NCBI GenBank assembly: GCA_009103225.1
Contig: RHPI01002090.1
Coordinates: forward strand, 1,535,932 to 1,599,931
Direction of reading: 5' to 3'
Source: Chlorokybus atmophyticus
Taxonomy: Eukaryota; Plantae; Mesostigma and Chlorokybus algae
DNA length: 64,000 nt
The translations under genes and the position numbers were made by a program. Below the pieces are notes generated by a model. It searched no databases. It saw only the letters and a program-made list of their open reading frames with translations, and had not been told where the DNA came from. Within the stretch, counting starts at the first letter, position 1. The number at the start of each line of letters is the position of its first letter. Of the stretch, positions 24,748 through 38,541 are shown piece after piece.

Positions 24748-27700
24748 ATGGCGGAGGCGCGGTCGATGCTGGTGGGCGGAGTTGAGGATGGGAGCCCAGG
24801 GCAGGAGCAGGTGGCCAGGCGCGAGAGCCTGCGCACCAGCTTTGGCACGCAGACCAATGCCCTCTTTCGCAAGTCGCTCACCTACCAGGCAAGCACTGGG
24901 TTTTCTGCTTCTTTTTCTGTCTTTGTGTAACTGGTTGAACACAAGAGTTGCATCCGAACGAATCTCTTTTTAGTACAGTTAGAACTCTGTGCTTGCATTG
25001 CAACCATGCAGGACAGTCGTTCATTTGCTGTGGCAATGCCTTTCTTTGTACATTCTGCATTTCTATTCGTCTTCGGCCTCACTTACTGCGACAACAGTGT
25101 CTCTGCATTTGGGTTTTGTACTGTACTGCAAGCGTCGTGTAGGCGACATAATTGCAAAACATGCAGTAATTGAACGCATCAAAGGCATTGCTTTGTCTCT
25201 CACCATGTGTGTGGCAAGGCTTTGCTGTTGTACAAATGTTACATTGCTTACACATGTTGGTTTCCCTCCTCAATGCTTGCATTCTGTCGCAATGCACATC
25301 TCACCTGCACTCGGGTGTCTGCTTTGCGTGCAAGCAGAAGCGCAGCTGGAGGACCAACTGCTGCATCATCCTGGTTCCGGTTCTCCTCTGCATCCTTCTG
25401 GCCCTGCTGCAACTCCTCATCGACCACGTAAGTGCGGGAGCACCCCTACCGGCACAACACGCCCGTTGGCAGCCAATGCATGACACATGGTTGATGGACC
25501 GCCAAACAACACCAAACCTTGTCCTGATGCGCGCGTGACGTGTGTACGCAGACGGTGAACAATTCCAGCGACAACAAGTGCGGCTGCAGAGACATCTGCG
25601 CATCGGATGGCAGCTGCCAGAAAGTCTGCGGCATCCAGTACTCCACTTCCAGCCAGGCAAGCTTGCCCGGTCACCCTCACGCTCAACACATACCCAGCTC
25701 CACGTACTCACCTTTCCCTTCACCCCCTGCAGGCGGTGTTTTGTGCGTTGGAGCACCCGCCGCGTTACCCTCCCTTCCTTCAGGTGCCTGCGGCGCAGTA
25801 CCGCGCGTCGTTTCCAGGTTACTCAGGCTGCTCTGACCCCACCGCCTTCGGCTGCCCCAATGAGCTGATACTCTATACTGGAGGCAACAGGACCGTCGCC
25901 GACGGTATGTCTTGTGTTGGGTTGGATTTTGCTTGGTATGATGTCTGGTGAGTGGGAGTGTTGACACTTTGGTTATGCGGGTACACGTGCAGCTCTGGCG
26001 ACGCGGCTGCTGATTGATGATATTACCAACTCCTATGCTGCGGACGGGGATGCAACGAACGTGACCCAGGAGTTGTTTCTGGTAAGTGAGTTGGGACAAC
26101 ATTGGGATCAGTTTCAGCATGTATGTGCAGGCTAGTGCGCGTGGTGACGTTGGCTGTTTGTTTTTTTGCCTCCAGGGTACAAGTGCCGAAGCCCCGTTCA
26201 CGATCTACGTAGAGTCAGCATACGCCGACGTGGACCGCACTCCCGCGTACTACGTTCTCAACAACTGCAGCTCGTCCACATCAGCGGAGCGCTCGTTCAT
26301 CCAATCCGCGGCTGTCAACTCCACCTCATTCGAGGTGCTCAACACCGAGCTCAACAGTGAGTGCATTACATCCGATAGCATACGTGCATGCCTCTCCTAG
26401 TTGCATTCAACACTGCTCATCTCACTCGTGCATGCAGTACCGGCGGAGTTCCTCACATGTGTGTCCGTGCCGTCCTACCCGCTCGGATACAAGTCCTCTG
26501 TCCAGGATATTGATAGCACTCTCTACAGCGGGTACCGCAAGGCGCCGGGGAGCAATGACATAACCCGCGGTTACATGCACGGTGAGCATGAGAGTCACAC
26601 GTCAACAATGCGAGTCTGCATCAGAGTGCTGCGTAGTGTTGAGTGATGTGTGCATGCTGGCTTAAGTCCTCTCTCTGTTGTAGGGTATGACTTCCAGAAC
26701 ACCAATTCCAGAGCCTATGACACGGTTCTGATCTACAATAACACCCGCAACAACGATACGGGGCAGAACCGCCCGCCTCTGCTCCGCGTGAACGCCGCAG
26801 CCAACATGGTGAGTCACTTGAGGCCATGTGACGTCCCGTCTGCTCCAACATGTGCGCTTGATGTGAGACTGTTTCACCATGCGCTAGGCTGCGCGTGCGT
26901 TCCTGCGCTGGACTGCCGGCCCGGCCTACGACGTGAAGCTGCTGCACATCGCGGAGATGCCGAAACCGACCACGTCTCTCAACCTGGACTTCTCATCGCT
27001 GCTGGGCCCCCTGTTCTTTATGTGGGTCGTACAACTCCTCCTGCCGGTGCGTGCAGAGCGGCGTGTACACGTGTGTCACATATTGCTCAGCACATAACAA
27101 TTATTGACTGTGCGTTGTGCGTTTGTGTGTAAGCAGGTGTATCTGACCTCGATCGTGTATGAGAAGGAGCGTCGCCTTCGCCTGATGATGAAGATGCACG
27201 GTCTCGGCGACCGTTCCTACTGGACCGTCACCTACCTCTACAACCTCGCTCTCTACATCGTCTACATCATCCTGTTCATCCTGTTCGGCACGGCCGTGCG
27301 TCTCAAGTTCTTTTACAAGAACAGCTACGGCATCGAGATCATACTCTTCTTCCTGTACGGCAACGTGCAGATCGCCCTCGCGTTCCTGCTCAGCGTGTTC
27401 TTCTCGTCGTCGAAGACGGCCACGGTCACTGCGTACATATACGTGTTTGGGACGGGACTACTTGGGGAGTTTTTGCTAGCCAACTTCATTGAGCATCAAG
27501 CTACGCCGGATATAGTGGTGTATCTGCTACAACTGGTGCCTGGGTTTGGACTCTATCGCGGGCTTTATGAGCTGTCGCAATACTCCTTTCGCGCGTCGTA
27601 TCAGAGTACGTGGCCGTGCGTAGGGATGTCGTGTGTCTTGTGGTTATGTTGTGTTGTTGTGTTGCTTATTGGGGTGGTTGTGTTTGGCTGGTGTTCAGAC

Positions 27701-29472
27701 TCGAGTGGTATGGAGTTTAGCAACTTGGGAGACAGCGGCAATGGCATGATCGAGGTGTGGGTGGTGTTCATCGTCGAGTGGTTCATCTTCATGATCCTGG
27801 CTTACTACCTTGAGCAGGTAAGCAATCACTGTGTGCGTGTGCGTGTGTGCATTGCAGAATTTGCAAACGTGAATCTAACATGTCCTCGTGCAGGTGCTGA
27901 GCTCTACCACGGGCGTGAACAAGCACCCACTCTACTTCCTCGGCAAGAAGCGTTCCTCCGAGCGCCGCAATGAGGTGGCCCCCGTCATCCCCGGCGGCGC
28001 CACCTCCCGCGTGCGTCGCGCCTCCTCCGCAGACTCCACCCTCACCATCGAACCCGAGGACGTGTCCGCCGAGCGCGAGCGCGTACGCAACATCCCTGAA
28101 GGCACCAACAACAGCGCGATTGTGATCAGAGACCTGCGCAAGGTGTACCCGGGGTCCGGCGTGGTGAAGGACAAGGTGGCGTGCCACGCGCTCAACCTCG
28201 CGGTGGAGCGCGGGGAGTGCTTTGGTCTACTTGGGCCGAATGGTGCGGGGAAGACCACGTCGATAAGTATGTTGACGGGGTTCTTGGAGCCGAGCGGAGG
28301 GACGGCACAGGTGGAAGGGTTTGACATACGAATGGAGATGGACAACATATACCAGATCATGGGCGTCTGCCCACAACACGAGTCAGTACTCACGAGCACG
28401 CGCGCACACACATGCATACGCACACGCGAGCACGCACGCACACTCACTCTCTCTTACTGGGTATGTGATGCGTGGGACAACTGTGTTGTTGTGACACCCT
28501 TTTGTTGTGTGCACGCGCAGTCTGTTGTGGGAGACCTTGACTGCGCGCGAGCACCTTCTCTTCTACGGCCGTCTCAAGAACCTCACGGGTCGCGATCTTT
28601 CCGACCAGGTCGACTCCGCCCTCCGCAGCGTGAACCTCTTCGCCAATGGCGTGGGCAACAAGCAGGCGGGCAAGTACTCCGGCGGCATGAAGAGGCGGCT
28701 GAGCGTCGCCATCTCGCTGATAGGGAAACCGCTGGTGTGTTACTTGGATGAGCCGAGCACGGGATTAGATCCAGCGTCGAGGAGGAACCTATGGGATGTC
28801 GTCAGGGAGGCGAAGAAGGATAGGGCGATTATACTCACGACGCACTCCATGGAAGAAGCGGAGGTGAGTAACAGGAGGTGTATGTTGGCACACACACGCG
28901 CGCGCCCCGGGCAATTGGTTGCGCGGGCGCGTGCGGGTGTGTGGGTGTACATGTGTGAGCATGTGTACATGTACATGTGTGGGCGTATATGCAGTAACGT
29001 ACGTGTGGGTCCACGCCATATGCTGAGCTTTGTCTTGTGCCCATACACACAGACGCTGTGCGACCGTTTGGGTATCTTTGTGGACGGCCGTCTTATGTGT
29101 CTCGGCAACCCCAAGGAGCTCACCGCTCGCTACGGCTCCTACTACATCTTCACCATCATGGTCGACCCCTCCGAGGAGTCCGCGGCTGCCTCCCTCGTGC
29201 GCGACATGTGTCCCTCGGGCCGTCTCACCTACCAACTCGCCGGCACGCTCAAGTACGAGCTCCCCCGCGACAAGATCGACCTCACCACGGTGTTTCAGAC
29301 GATGGAGAAGGCCAAGGGGAGAGGCATGGGAGTGAGGGATTGGGCCGTCACGAACACCACATTGGAGGAGGTGTTTATTAGGATTTGCAGGGATACGAGA
29401 GCCAGCAGCGCGGATGCGTTCGAGGAGGAGAACGGGAAGAAGAAGAACTGGTGGAAACGCTTGTGGGTGTGA
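24748..29472 (+). CDS. Half-size ABCA transporter, plant ABCA7-like
   Basis: TQTNALFRKSLTYQ|KR; IVYEKERRLRLMMKMHGL; [11 protein letters not shown]; [17 protein letters not shown]; YLDEPSTGLD; TTHSMEEAE. Confidence 0.95.
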
Positions 29473-29749
29473 TGGGAGCATGTCAGGCGCGCGGTATTTG
29501 CGTGCCGATAGTGCTAGTGGTGGTATGGGTATTTGACGATGTAGGGGTATGTAGCGTACATGTAGCATTTTTACGTGCAAGGAATGTAATTGTTGCGCGT
29601 GCATTACAAGCGCAGATTTTGCCAAATGTTCAGCTATCAACAACCTGTGGCAGTGACGAGTGCCTAGACTATGCGCATATGTTGCCAAACAGCGATTCCC
29701 CTGCTCTTCAACATCATCACGCAGCAGATGACTGCGAGCACACACGTTG

Positions 29750-30111
29750 TCAGTCAGCACCATTGAACGCAACTGTAACCGTTGCACCAGACACCATAAA
29801 CACACCTCTACAGATGGTTGCGGCTTGATCGCCTCCTTCATCGGCACCTGATTGCGCGACACGGTCCTCTTTGCCGGGGCGGCCAACACGCGATCTCGCG
29901 AGAGTTTCGGGATCTTGCCAACCTCCATTTGTCTCTGCTTGGCAGAAGGCTGCACAACATACATTAGCCGTGTAAACGCATTGTCGGCGATTCATACTCG
30001 CCTTGCACGCGTGCACGCACGCACACACAGACACCCGCGCAGGCACTCGCGCTCGCGCTCCCACTCGCACTCGCACTCGCACGCGCACGCGCACGCGCAC
30101 ACGCACAATCT

Positions 30112-30153
<42 letters not shown>

Positions 30154-33100
30154 ACCCCACCCACCCACACACACGCACACATCCACACCCCCACCCCCAC
30201 CTTGTTTGGTGGCCTCGGCGGGCTGAACGGTTCCGACCGATACGCGACGTTCATCCCCCAGTCCGCCGCCTGCACGATCGCGTCGTTCGGGTCCGGCTGC
30301 GACGGCGGCCTCGCACTGTCTCCCTCGGATGCATTTCCCAAAGATGACGCGCTCGTCCGGGCGGCGGCGGCCACGGCAGCCCAGTCGGGCGAAGGGGCGC
30401 TGGGCATAGCCGCCAGCAACGACTGCCTGCGGGAGGAGAGGANNNNNNNNNNNNNNNNNNNNNNNNNNNNNNNNNNNNNNNNNNNNNNNNNNNNNNNNNN
30501 NNNNNNNNNNNNNNNNNNNNNNNNNNNNNNNNNNNNNNNNNNNNNNNNNNNNNNNNNNNNNNNNNNNNNNNNNNNNNNNNNNNNNNNNNNNNNNNNNNNN
30601 NNNNNNNNNNNNNNNNNNNNNNNNNNNNNNNNNNNNNNNNNNNNNNNNNNNNNNNNNNNNNNNNNNNNNNNNNNNNNNNNNNNNNNNNNNNNNNNNNNNN
30701 NNNNNNNNNNNNNNNNNNNNNNNNNNNNNNNNGGGGGGTAATGTGTGGCGTGTGGAGTCGCGTACTTGGTGTTGGGCTCGTTGGGGGTCTTGTCGCTGGT
30801 GCTGTTGCTACTACTGCTGTTGTTGCTTGGTTGGTTTGCGGCTGCAGGTGCAGCTGGTGCTGCGTGGCTGGCGGGGCCTGCCTTGGAGTTGTTGTTGTTG
30901 TTGGCAGTTGCGGTGGTGTTGGGTTTGGAGCCGGGTAGTGTGGAAGAGGAGGTAGTTGGGGATGGGTTGACGAGGTCTCGCTTGCCGAGGGCTGCCTGAA
31001 ACTCGCGCACGGACATGCGCTGAGGATCCCTCTCGCGTCTCGGTCCCGCCCTCACCTGGCTCCCATCCTTCAACGTCACACCCGCACCCACCTTCATTGT
31101 CTCAATCTGTCTCACACACGTGATATACACGACATCAATACGCCCAGCAAGCCTAGGCAATCACAAGAGATCACGTCAACACAAACACGCACCACGGGTG
31201 GTTGTCCAGGAGCAGCGCTCTTGACCAGCAACGCATCCGCGCCCGTGCCAAACGCATCTCCCAACGCGTTGTTGCCCGCGAGTCCACCTCCTCCTCCTCC
31301 TCCCGCACCTTTTGCGCCACGCCCCTTCCCACTTGCGCCAGCCACTACCCCTTTCGCAATAGCCTCTCCTCTCCCAGGACCACCCCTATTGTTGTTGTTG
31401 TTGCTGCTGTTGTTTGTGCGCGAGGAGTCGGGTCGTGACGACGACGGTCGATCCGGGTTGTTGTTGTCTTCGGCGATGGAGATCTTGGGCTGGACGCTTG
31501 TGGGCGGCAGCTTCTCGGGGTCGATGGCGACGAGGGCCACGACGTTGCCGGCGTGGTCGTAGGCGTACTCGCGACCGCGCAGCTCCTTTTGGACGGCTTC
31601 GAGACGACGTGCCTCCTCAGCCTCCTTCTGCCAAAGTGAACAGAAAGGGGCTGCTCGTTACAACATTTGAGCACCAACATGTTGTTGAAGTCAGCTACAT
31701 GTTACACGCACGCACGCACGCACACATGCGCGCACGCACATCTGACCTGTATCAGGGAGCTTCGCAGAGCGTCCATGCGCTTACGCGCAGCGATCTCTTC
31801 CCGCAGCCGCGCTTCCAGCTCGGCCTCCTCAGGCGACAGGGCTTTCTTCTGCTCACATTATTGTCGACAACGCAAACCCAACAAACCAGAGTCACCATGC
31901 CGTACATACATGCAAGGCTGACGTGTGTCTTACCGCCGCTGGTGCCTTGGCGTTTCCTTGCTTCACGCGTGTCTCGGATGACTTGCTGTAAGTTGACCTG
32001 CACACACAGAAGCGCGCATGCGTGTGCATCGACATGTGGCTGTGCGTGCGTGCGTGCGTGCGTGCGCGCGTGAAAGCTTATGACCTGGCACACGCGTGCT
32101 GCTGGACTTACCCTGCTCTGCCAACCTGCGGCTGCGTCCCAACGCCATTCGCACCGTTGTTATTATTGTTGTTGCGAGCTCGCACGGACCCCGCCACCGA
32201 CCCTGGCCCTCCTTTGCCCCCGCCGTCGTACACGCTCCCGGGACCTCCTGTCTGTCGTTCAGTTCACGTGAGAAACAGTGACAATCAACCATTGCTCGCA
32301 TTCTGAGTCACTCACCCCTCTGCGCATGTTGCGCGAGCCGCTCGGGGACAGCATCGGGCTGGTCGGGTTCGAGAACAAGTCGATAGCCGGCGCACGCCTC
32401 CTGTGAGATGAGACGTATGCATATAACACGATTGGCATGGTCGGCGTGTACGTGCGTGTGGATGCATATCTCTCTATACGTATGTACGGATCTGCATGCA
32501 TATGCGTGCGCTTGCGTACGTGCATGTGCGTATGCGTGGACGTTCATACAAGCCTCTTGATGCGTGAGCAACAGTCAAGTACTGAGTGAACAGCATGTCT
32601 GCATGCTCCGGTGACACGCAAGCTTCGTACCTTATGGGAACCACACCACGCGCAAACGGATCGATGGGCGCAGGCTCAGGCTCTGACGAATACAACATCG
32701 CCGCGTGAGATGTTGTCATTTTTGTGCGACACACAGCTCAACACGAGATGTTGTTAACGCAAGAAGTTGTATTACGCGTACCCAAGTCCGGTGCCCAGTT
32801 ATCCCAAACTGTGCCTGGCTCCATCCATCCACCCGTGTGGTCCGCATGCGCGAGCTGAGCAAACAGGAGGAAACGTGACGCACTGTAAGCGTTTGCTGTG
32901 TTGCCTGGAATGCAATGATACGCATATCAGACGCACGCATGCATGCACTCGTGTGCAAGCGCAGGTGTATATGTATTCGTTACCAGAACACAGGCATGCA
33001 CGCATCACTACACACGCGCGCATGGGTGCTTGTGAACATGCGCGCATACCTGCAGGAGTTCTAGGCACTCGTCTAGACAGTAGTCGACTGCCTGCTCCTG

Positions 33101-33683
33101 CGCGGCCTGCAAGATCTCCTGACCCGTGATGTAATCGCCCACCGAACCCAGCAGACACTCCTCCAGCGCATCCTGCATGGTTGTCGTTGACATTGTTGTT
33201 GCTTCTGGTGTTGTGGCTGTACACGTAGTTTGTGGTTGTTGCTGCTATTTGATTTGGGCTGTTTGTTAGTGTCAGCATATAAAGAAGGTTCTTGATGACA
33301 TGTACTCGCACTGAAGCCATGATAAGCACGCACAAGCGCCGTTCACACTCCAACCAGTCGGAGAGATGATACTGTCAGAATTTATGATTACGTGATGTCG
33401 TGTCGTGTTTGTATGCGTCTATTGATTTCGCCGGTTGCATGTCGCTCGGCAGCTGCATTCAGTTAAATGCATCTGCAGAGGCTTATGCCTAAACCCTGCC
33501 GGGACTACAGTATTGCAAGCGACAATCGAAGATAAGGTGAGGTCGTCTTCATGAACGTGCCTGAGCGTAATTGTTTGCCTCCTCCCTCAGCAGCTCCCTC
33601 TCCTTCCTCGCCTCCTCCTCGGCGGCCGCCGCCGCTGCTGCCGCCTTCTTCGCGGCCGCTTTGTCTGAAGCCGGCGGCGCCAT
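29750..33683 (-). CDS. Uncharacterised multi-exon low-complexity protein spanning an assembly gap; N-terminal part loosely resembles C2orf81/DUF4639
   Basis: ATG 33683 MAPPASDKAAAKK; exons DALEECLLGSVGDYITGQEILQAAQEQAVDYCLDECLELLQ and EPEPAPIDPFARGVVPIR; several further spliced exons; family assignment from memory only. Confidence 0.6.
30443..30732. other. Assembly gap (290 N)
   Basis: N run. Confidence 1.
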
Positions 33684-34078
33684 ACTTGCGGATGGCAAGA
33701 AAACGTTACTCTCAACACACCTTGACGCGCCAATGCTCTTTCGCATCTACACCCATACCCTCACCAACACCGACGACGACGACGCTGACGCCGCCCCTGC
33801 CGATCGCCTGAACCGCCCAAGCGTCACGTGACCAGCAGTAGTAGGAGGCAAAATGACAAACAGCAACTCCCTGTACACCGCTTCAGCTACAGAACGACGA
33901 TGACTCCGCATTCGTGTAAGCCGCTGCAGTTCTTTTTCGTTACTGTTCGTATATATCATTAAAACCACCCCGCCGCGTCACGTGACCCGGCCCAACCCTG
34001 CTCTGCTCTGCTTGGAACGGAACGCGCGGGGGAGTAGGAGGACAGAGTGGGCGGCATCGCCGCCGACCGTCGTCGACG

Positions 34079-35642
34079 ATGGCCTCATCAGCAGCGGTGC
34101 TCTGCTCCTTCGTGTTGCTGGCTTCTTCCTACTTGGGCTGTGCGTCCGGTGCGTCGTCGTCCCAGCCCAACACCAACTACAACCCGTGCGGCACGTCGGG
34201 CGCGGTGGCGATCGCGGAGACGCTGCCCGTGGGGCTGGCGTTCGCGCCCAACTCGACAGTGTGGGGGGACGCGGCGCCGTGCGACGTCAAAGACCACCTG
34301 GTGAGTCAGGGATGAGAGAGCATGGGTGGACCGATGCAGGGTGGTGAGGTCACGAATGAACTGTTGTGGCCTGATGTCTCGTTCAGCGAATGATGCTGAT
34401 TTCATGGTTATGACGGCATTGGTGGTGACAGCATTAGTAACTGCAAGTCACACCGTGCAGAAGGTTGGCAGCCTGCAGTAGTGCTTCCGTTGCCTTGGGT
34501 GTGAGTGACGAGGGCAAAATGCTATTTTCTCGAAATAACCGAGTATCGAGTTGACAGCATCTGCGGAATTCTGTTTTGGTGTCTCATGTCTACCTCAGTA
34601 ACTAGTTGCTATGGCTTGATATGACTGGCGTTGCTCGCGCATGCTTACGGTGTTTTCTAGACTTGATACGCATGAAGTCCAAAAATGACGGTTGTGCTAA
34701 TGCGGCGCGCAGAACGTATCAATGGCGAAGGTGGCGGTGTACCAGGTGATGGCAGATCGCCTCGCCCTGATGCTCCTCGACACCAACACCTCCGCCACCA
34801 TCCTCCAGCAGGCAAGAACTGAAGTTCAACAAAGCCGTAGTTCCTGTTCCTAACGTCTGATATTGGTAGTCACCACTGTCTGTCCATGTACGTAACTAGT
34901 AGTGGCTTGACACGACATGTCCCTCTTTTGCTATGCGCAGTGGTCGAACTCAACAAGCGTGGTGGCCTTCAGCGGCAACCAACGCTCCGATCCCCGCCTC
35001 GTCAGCACCACCAAAGTAAGACGACAACAACAATGGTGTTGATGATACCAACCTAGATGGAAACTGATGTCGTACGTGTGTCGTGCAGGGGCGGGTGACA
35101 GACCTCACGCTTACACTCAAGTTGAAGCTGGGTGTGCTGCAGTATTTCCAATGGTGAGCTCCTAGCACACACGTACAACACACGCGCCTGCAGAATGGCG
35201 CTCTACCTGTTCTAAGCGACTCGTCTTTCCCAAACAGGAACGACGGAGGTTGCGACAAGTGCGGCGGCGTGTACGATGAGCTTTGCTTCGACGGCAAGAA
35301 CTGCGCGACGCCCATCGCAGAGTGCGAGAACCTCCCCAACGGCACCACCTGCGAAGTCGGGGTACGCTTACTTCACGTACAGATACTGGAGTTGAACTGA
35401 CATTGAGTTTGTAACTGACCCAACAATGCATGTATGAGCAGGTGCACTTGGCGTGGTCTGGGTCGGACAGGCACCAGCGGCCTCTTGATACGGCTCAGGT
35501 TGTGACGGACGTTGGCAAGTACTCCCTCAGCAACCTTTACTACAAATTCACCAACATAAACTTCACCCAGTCTGTCTTCGACGACTCCACCTCCTCCGTC
35601 GGCGGTGCCATTGGAGGCTTCAGGCGTCTCCTGCTACGATAA
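34079..35642 (+). CDS. Secreted Cys-rich protein of the plant Expp1-like family
   Basis: Signal peptide; NYNPC...APCD; LTLKLKLGVLQYFQW; GCDKC...CFDGKNCATPIAEC...CEVG|VHLAWSGSDRHQRPL...KYSLSNLY follows the plant family pattern as recalled. Confidence 0.75.
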
Positions 35643-35789
35643 GGTCTTTGGCCTTATGTGCGGACCTTGTTGACGTGTGTTTGGGATGTTCGTTGAGTGA
35701 TGTGGTTGGTCTGGCTTGATTGATGCGCCTTGCATGCTGTGCTCTCAAAGAGGTTCAATGCACAGCTGACGAGTCTTACGTATAAGGTA

Positions 35790-36290
35790 CAACAATGATT
35801 GCAATGCCAGCATCATGCCACTATGCAGCACACACACGCTCGCTCACACGCACAGCAAAACATAACGCACAAGCACAAGCACTCCAACACGCACCTTCAG
35901 CACACCAATACCAACCCGCCAACACACGCACACGGACAGCACATACAAAAAGACACACGAATACACATGCACAAACACTAATGCACACGCACACAAGAAC
36001 ATGCAACCGTGACTTGCACACTGCCTCCGCACGCACGCACACAGTGACAAACACATCGGCACATGCACACGGAGCACACAAACGCGATCACGCCAACACG
36101 CACACAGCTAAAACACAAACACAAGTGTAAATGCTCGTGCACACAAACACATGCAGCACACGAACCCAAACACACAGACACATACGTACAAACACAAATG
36201 CACGCACGCACGCATGTACAAGCGCTCATGTACAAGCACTCATGCACGCACGCACTCACTAACACAAACTTACAACCTCCCACCGATTGC
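35790..36290 (+). repeat. Degenerate CA-rich low-complexity tract
   Basis: About 500 bp of cacaca/cacgca/caaaca variants. Confidence 0.85.
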
Positions 36291-37325
36291 GTGCAGCATG
36301 TGATGTTACATACAGGCTTGCACAGCTGGCTGACACATTAAACCACATGCAATCGCCTGTTGCAGGAGGCATGAGGTCACCTCGTGTGAGTGAGGGTGTT
36401 CTCTGATTGCTTATTGAGAGTTCAAGGTCGGTTCAATACTTTAGGAGCAGTGGGAGGCGAAGGGGAGTTGTGATGTGTCACTAGTCCTCCCAGCAACATT
36501 GACACACTCGTGGCAAGCATGTCTGTGCATGTCAGCACTCAACGAGCGCGCACAGAGAGCTCAGAGAGCGCAAGCACACAATGTAAAGTGAGCGGCACTG
36601 CTGCAACTGACTCACCCTATGCAGCAATGCCTACAACAGTTCGCAGCAAGCAATGGCACACGACCACTTCGTAAAGCAAAGTATACAATGGTGCGCAATC
36701 TACTTCACACACTTGACCCAAGAGGATGATGGAGGTCAATGCAACTCCCAATACCAAGGCGGCGCACTGTAATGACTACATTGTCAACGGACACTGCTAC
36801 AATATATACAAGCATAATGTGGGATGACAGGATTGTCGGCCATACGACCACATTACATGCATAAATACTTGAGGAGGTACCACTGGGCATGTGCCAAAGC
36901 TGTCTTTGTGGGATCAGAGTTACATCCTCGTTCTTGCAAACACCTGCACAAGTATATTAGTTAGCATTATTGGAACCCACACAATCAGGCACACACACGT
37001 GTAGCATATCTCACATCCTATGCAAGTTTAGCATGTGTCATTGTGTACGTTGTCCATCCTGCACTCTTTGGCCAACCTCCATCCAAGCGCATCACTCAAC
37101 AGCACGTTACACTACACCAGTCACGCTCACAAAGGCCAGCAAACCGGCCATGAATACTTGCATACCTTGAATGCCTTGATCTGTCTTCATGCGCTTTTCT
37201 CATGCTCCGGCGTTTAGCTGGAAGCACACTGCCTCCTCAACATACCAGATAGTACCAGCTGTGTTCAGAGGTAGTGTCCATGCATAGTCGTCAGGGCCTT
37301 GCCTGGCGACACCTGAACGCCAAAG

Positions 37326-38541
37326 CTACACCTTCATGACGTAATTGTTGTGGCTGATAATTTTTCTTGAAGGCAGCACAACTGCCGAGAGCGGCTCCGT
37401 GACATGGCCACCACTCTCATCCATAATAATGCGGTTTTTCCCGACATACACACAGCCGTGATGGCCGCTGATTACCACCGTGTTGGTGTTCTCAAACTCT
37501 TTGGGAGCATAGTAGACCTCCCCGCGGCCGCTAAGCTGCAAACTGCGCGTGAAGCCAAGATCCCTTTTGCGCAAAGAGTCCAATTGCTCGGACACGGGCG
37601 GCGAATCCGAGTCGGTAGCCAATCCGGCGTGCACCGCAATAACTTTCTCCCCCGCGATCTCGTCTTCGTATACCAATGGCAAATTGCGCAAGAACTCCTT
37701 GTGCGACTCGGGCATGGCCTTCAACAACCCCTCGCGATCCCCGTGCTCCACACCATACGATCGGAAGGTGTTTGCCGAGTCATATGTGGAATTATTCTCC
37801 TCCCCTATCATCCCACCCCAGCGCCGACCCTGCATGGTCGGCACAGGTTGCAGTGACAATAGTATTGCATGTTACACAGCGTAAGCTGATGAACAAGCGA
37901 GAACTCATCAGCTAAAACATTGATATACCTGCAAGTGCATGAAGTTCTCTTCCTCATGCTCCCCCTTCCACCAGCCTTCCCGTTCCAAGCTACCCCGCAG
38001 CTGATCCTCCCAAGTCCATCTGAAGTCCGCGTGGCCCGGCGGGACGGGGATGAGACCTAGGAAGGAAGCGCACGCAAAGTCGTGGTTGCCCATCAGATGC
38101 GCGTGCTGCTGCCGCGGGTACTTTGCCGGTGCGGATATCAGCCAGTCTATCATCCCATGTGGGTCCGGCCCGCGATCCACAAAGTCACCAAGAAACAGCA
38201 CCTGAGTTGATAGAGACATTGAAATGACCAGGTTGCTGTACACATTGTCAATGGGGTTGCATGCTGTACAAAAGGATGGTGTGTACAGCATGCAACCCTC
38301 CATGCCTGGTGCCTGTTACACAACAAGCTACCTTAGCGGAGTGGAATGCAGGGCCAAGGTGCTGCTCAAGGTTGTGCCAAAGCGCAAGGAAGTTGTCCAC
38401 TTGTCCGTGGAGGTCGCCAACGCAGATTAGCACCTCGGTGGAGGCGGATGGCGGTGCTGATGGGATGTTATTCCCCAAGCCCACAGACGACACTGCAGCA
38501 AGCGAAGTAAGTGAGAAGGTTGCAACTGTCAAGGAATCCAT
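37326..38541 (-). CDS. RLPH-type (bacterial-like PPP) metallophosphoesterase, RLPH2-like; 5' end uncertain
   Basis: GDLHG, GDFVDRG, GNHD, HLQ|GRRWGG, AVHAG, SGHHG, IMDESGG motifs. Confidence 0.9.

Noticed and set aside
28789-29964. 391-aa minus-strand ORF
   Set aside because: Antisense shadow of GC-rich ABCA exons; no motifs.
35790-36341. His/Thr or Cys/Val-rich ORFs
   Set aside because: Translation artefacts of CA/TG low-complexity DNA; the same applies to similar intronic ORFs throughout the window.
36705-36960. Possible small minus-strand exon downstream of RLPH
   Set aside because: No homology recognised and no supported start or partner exons.
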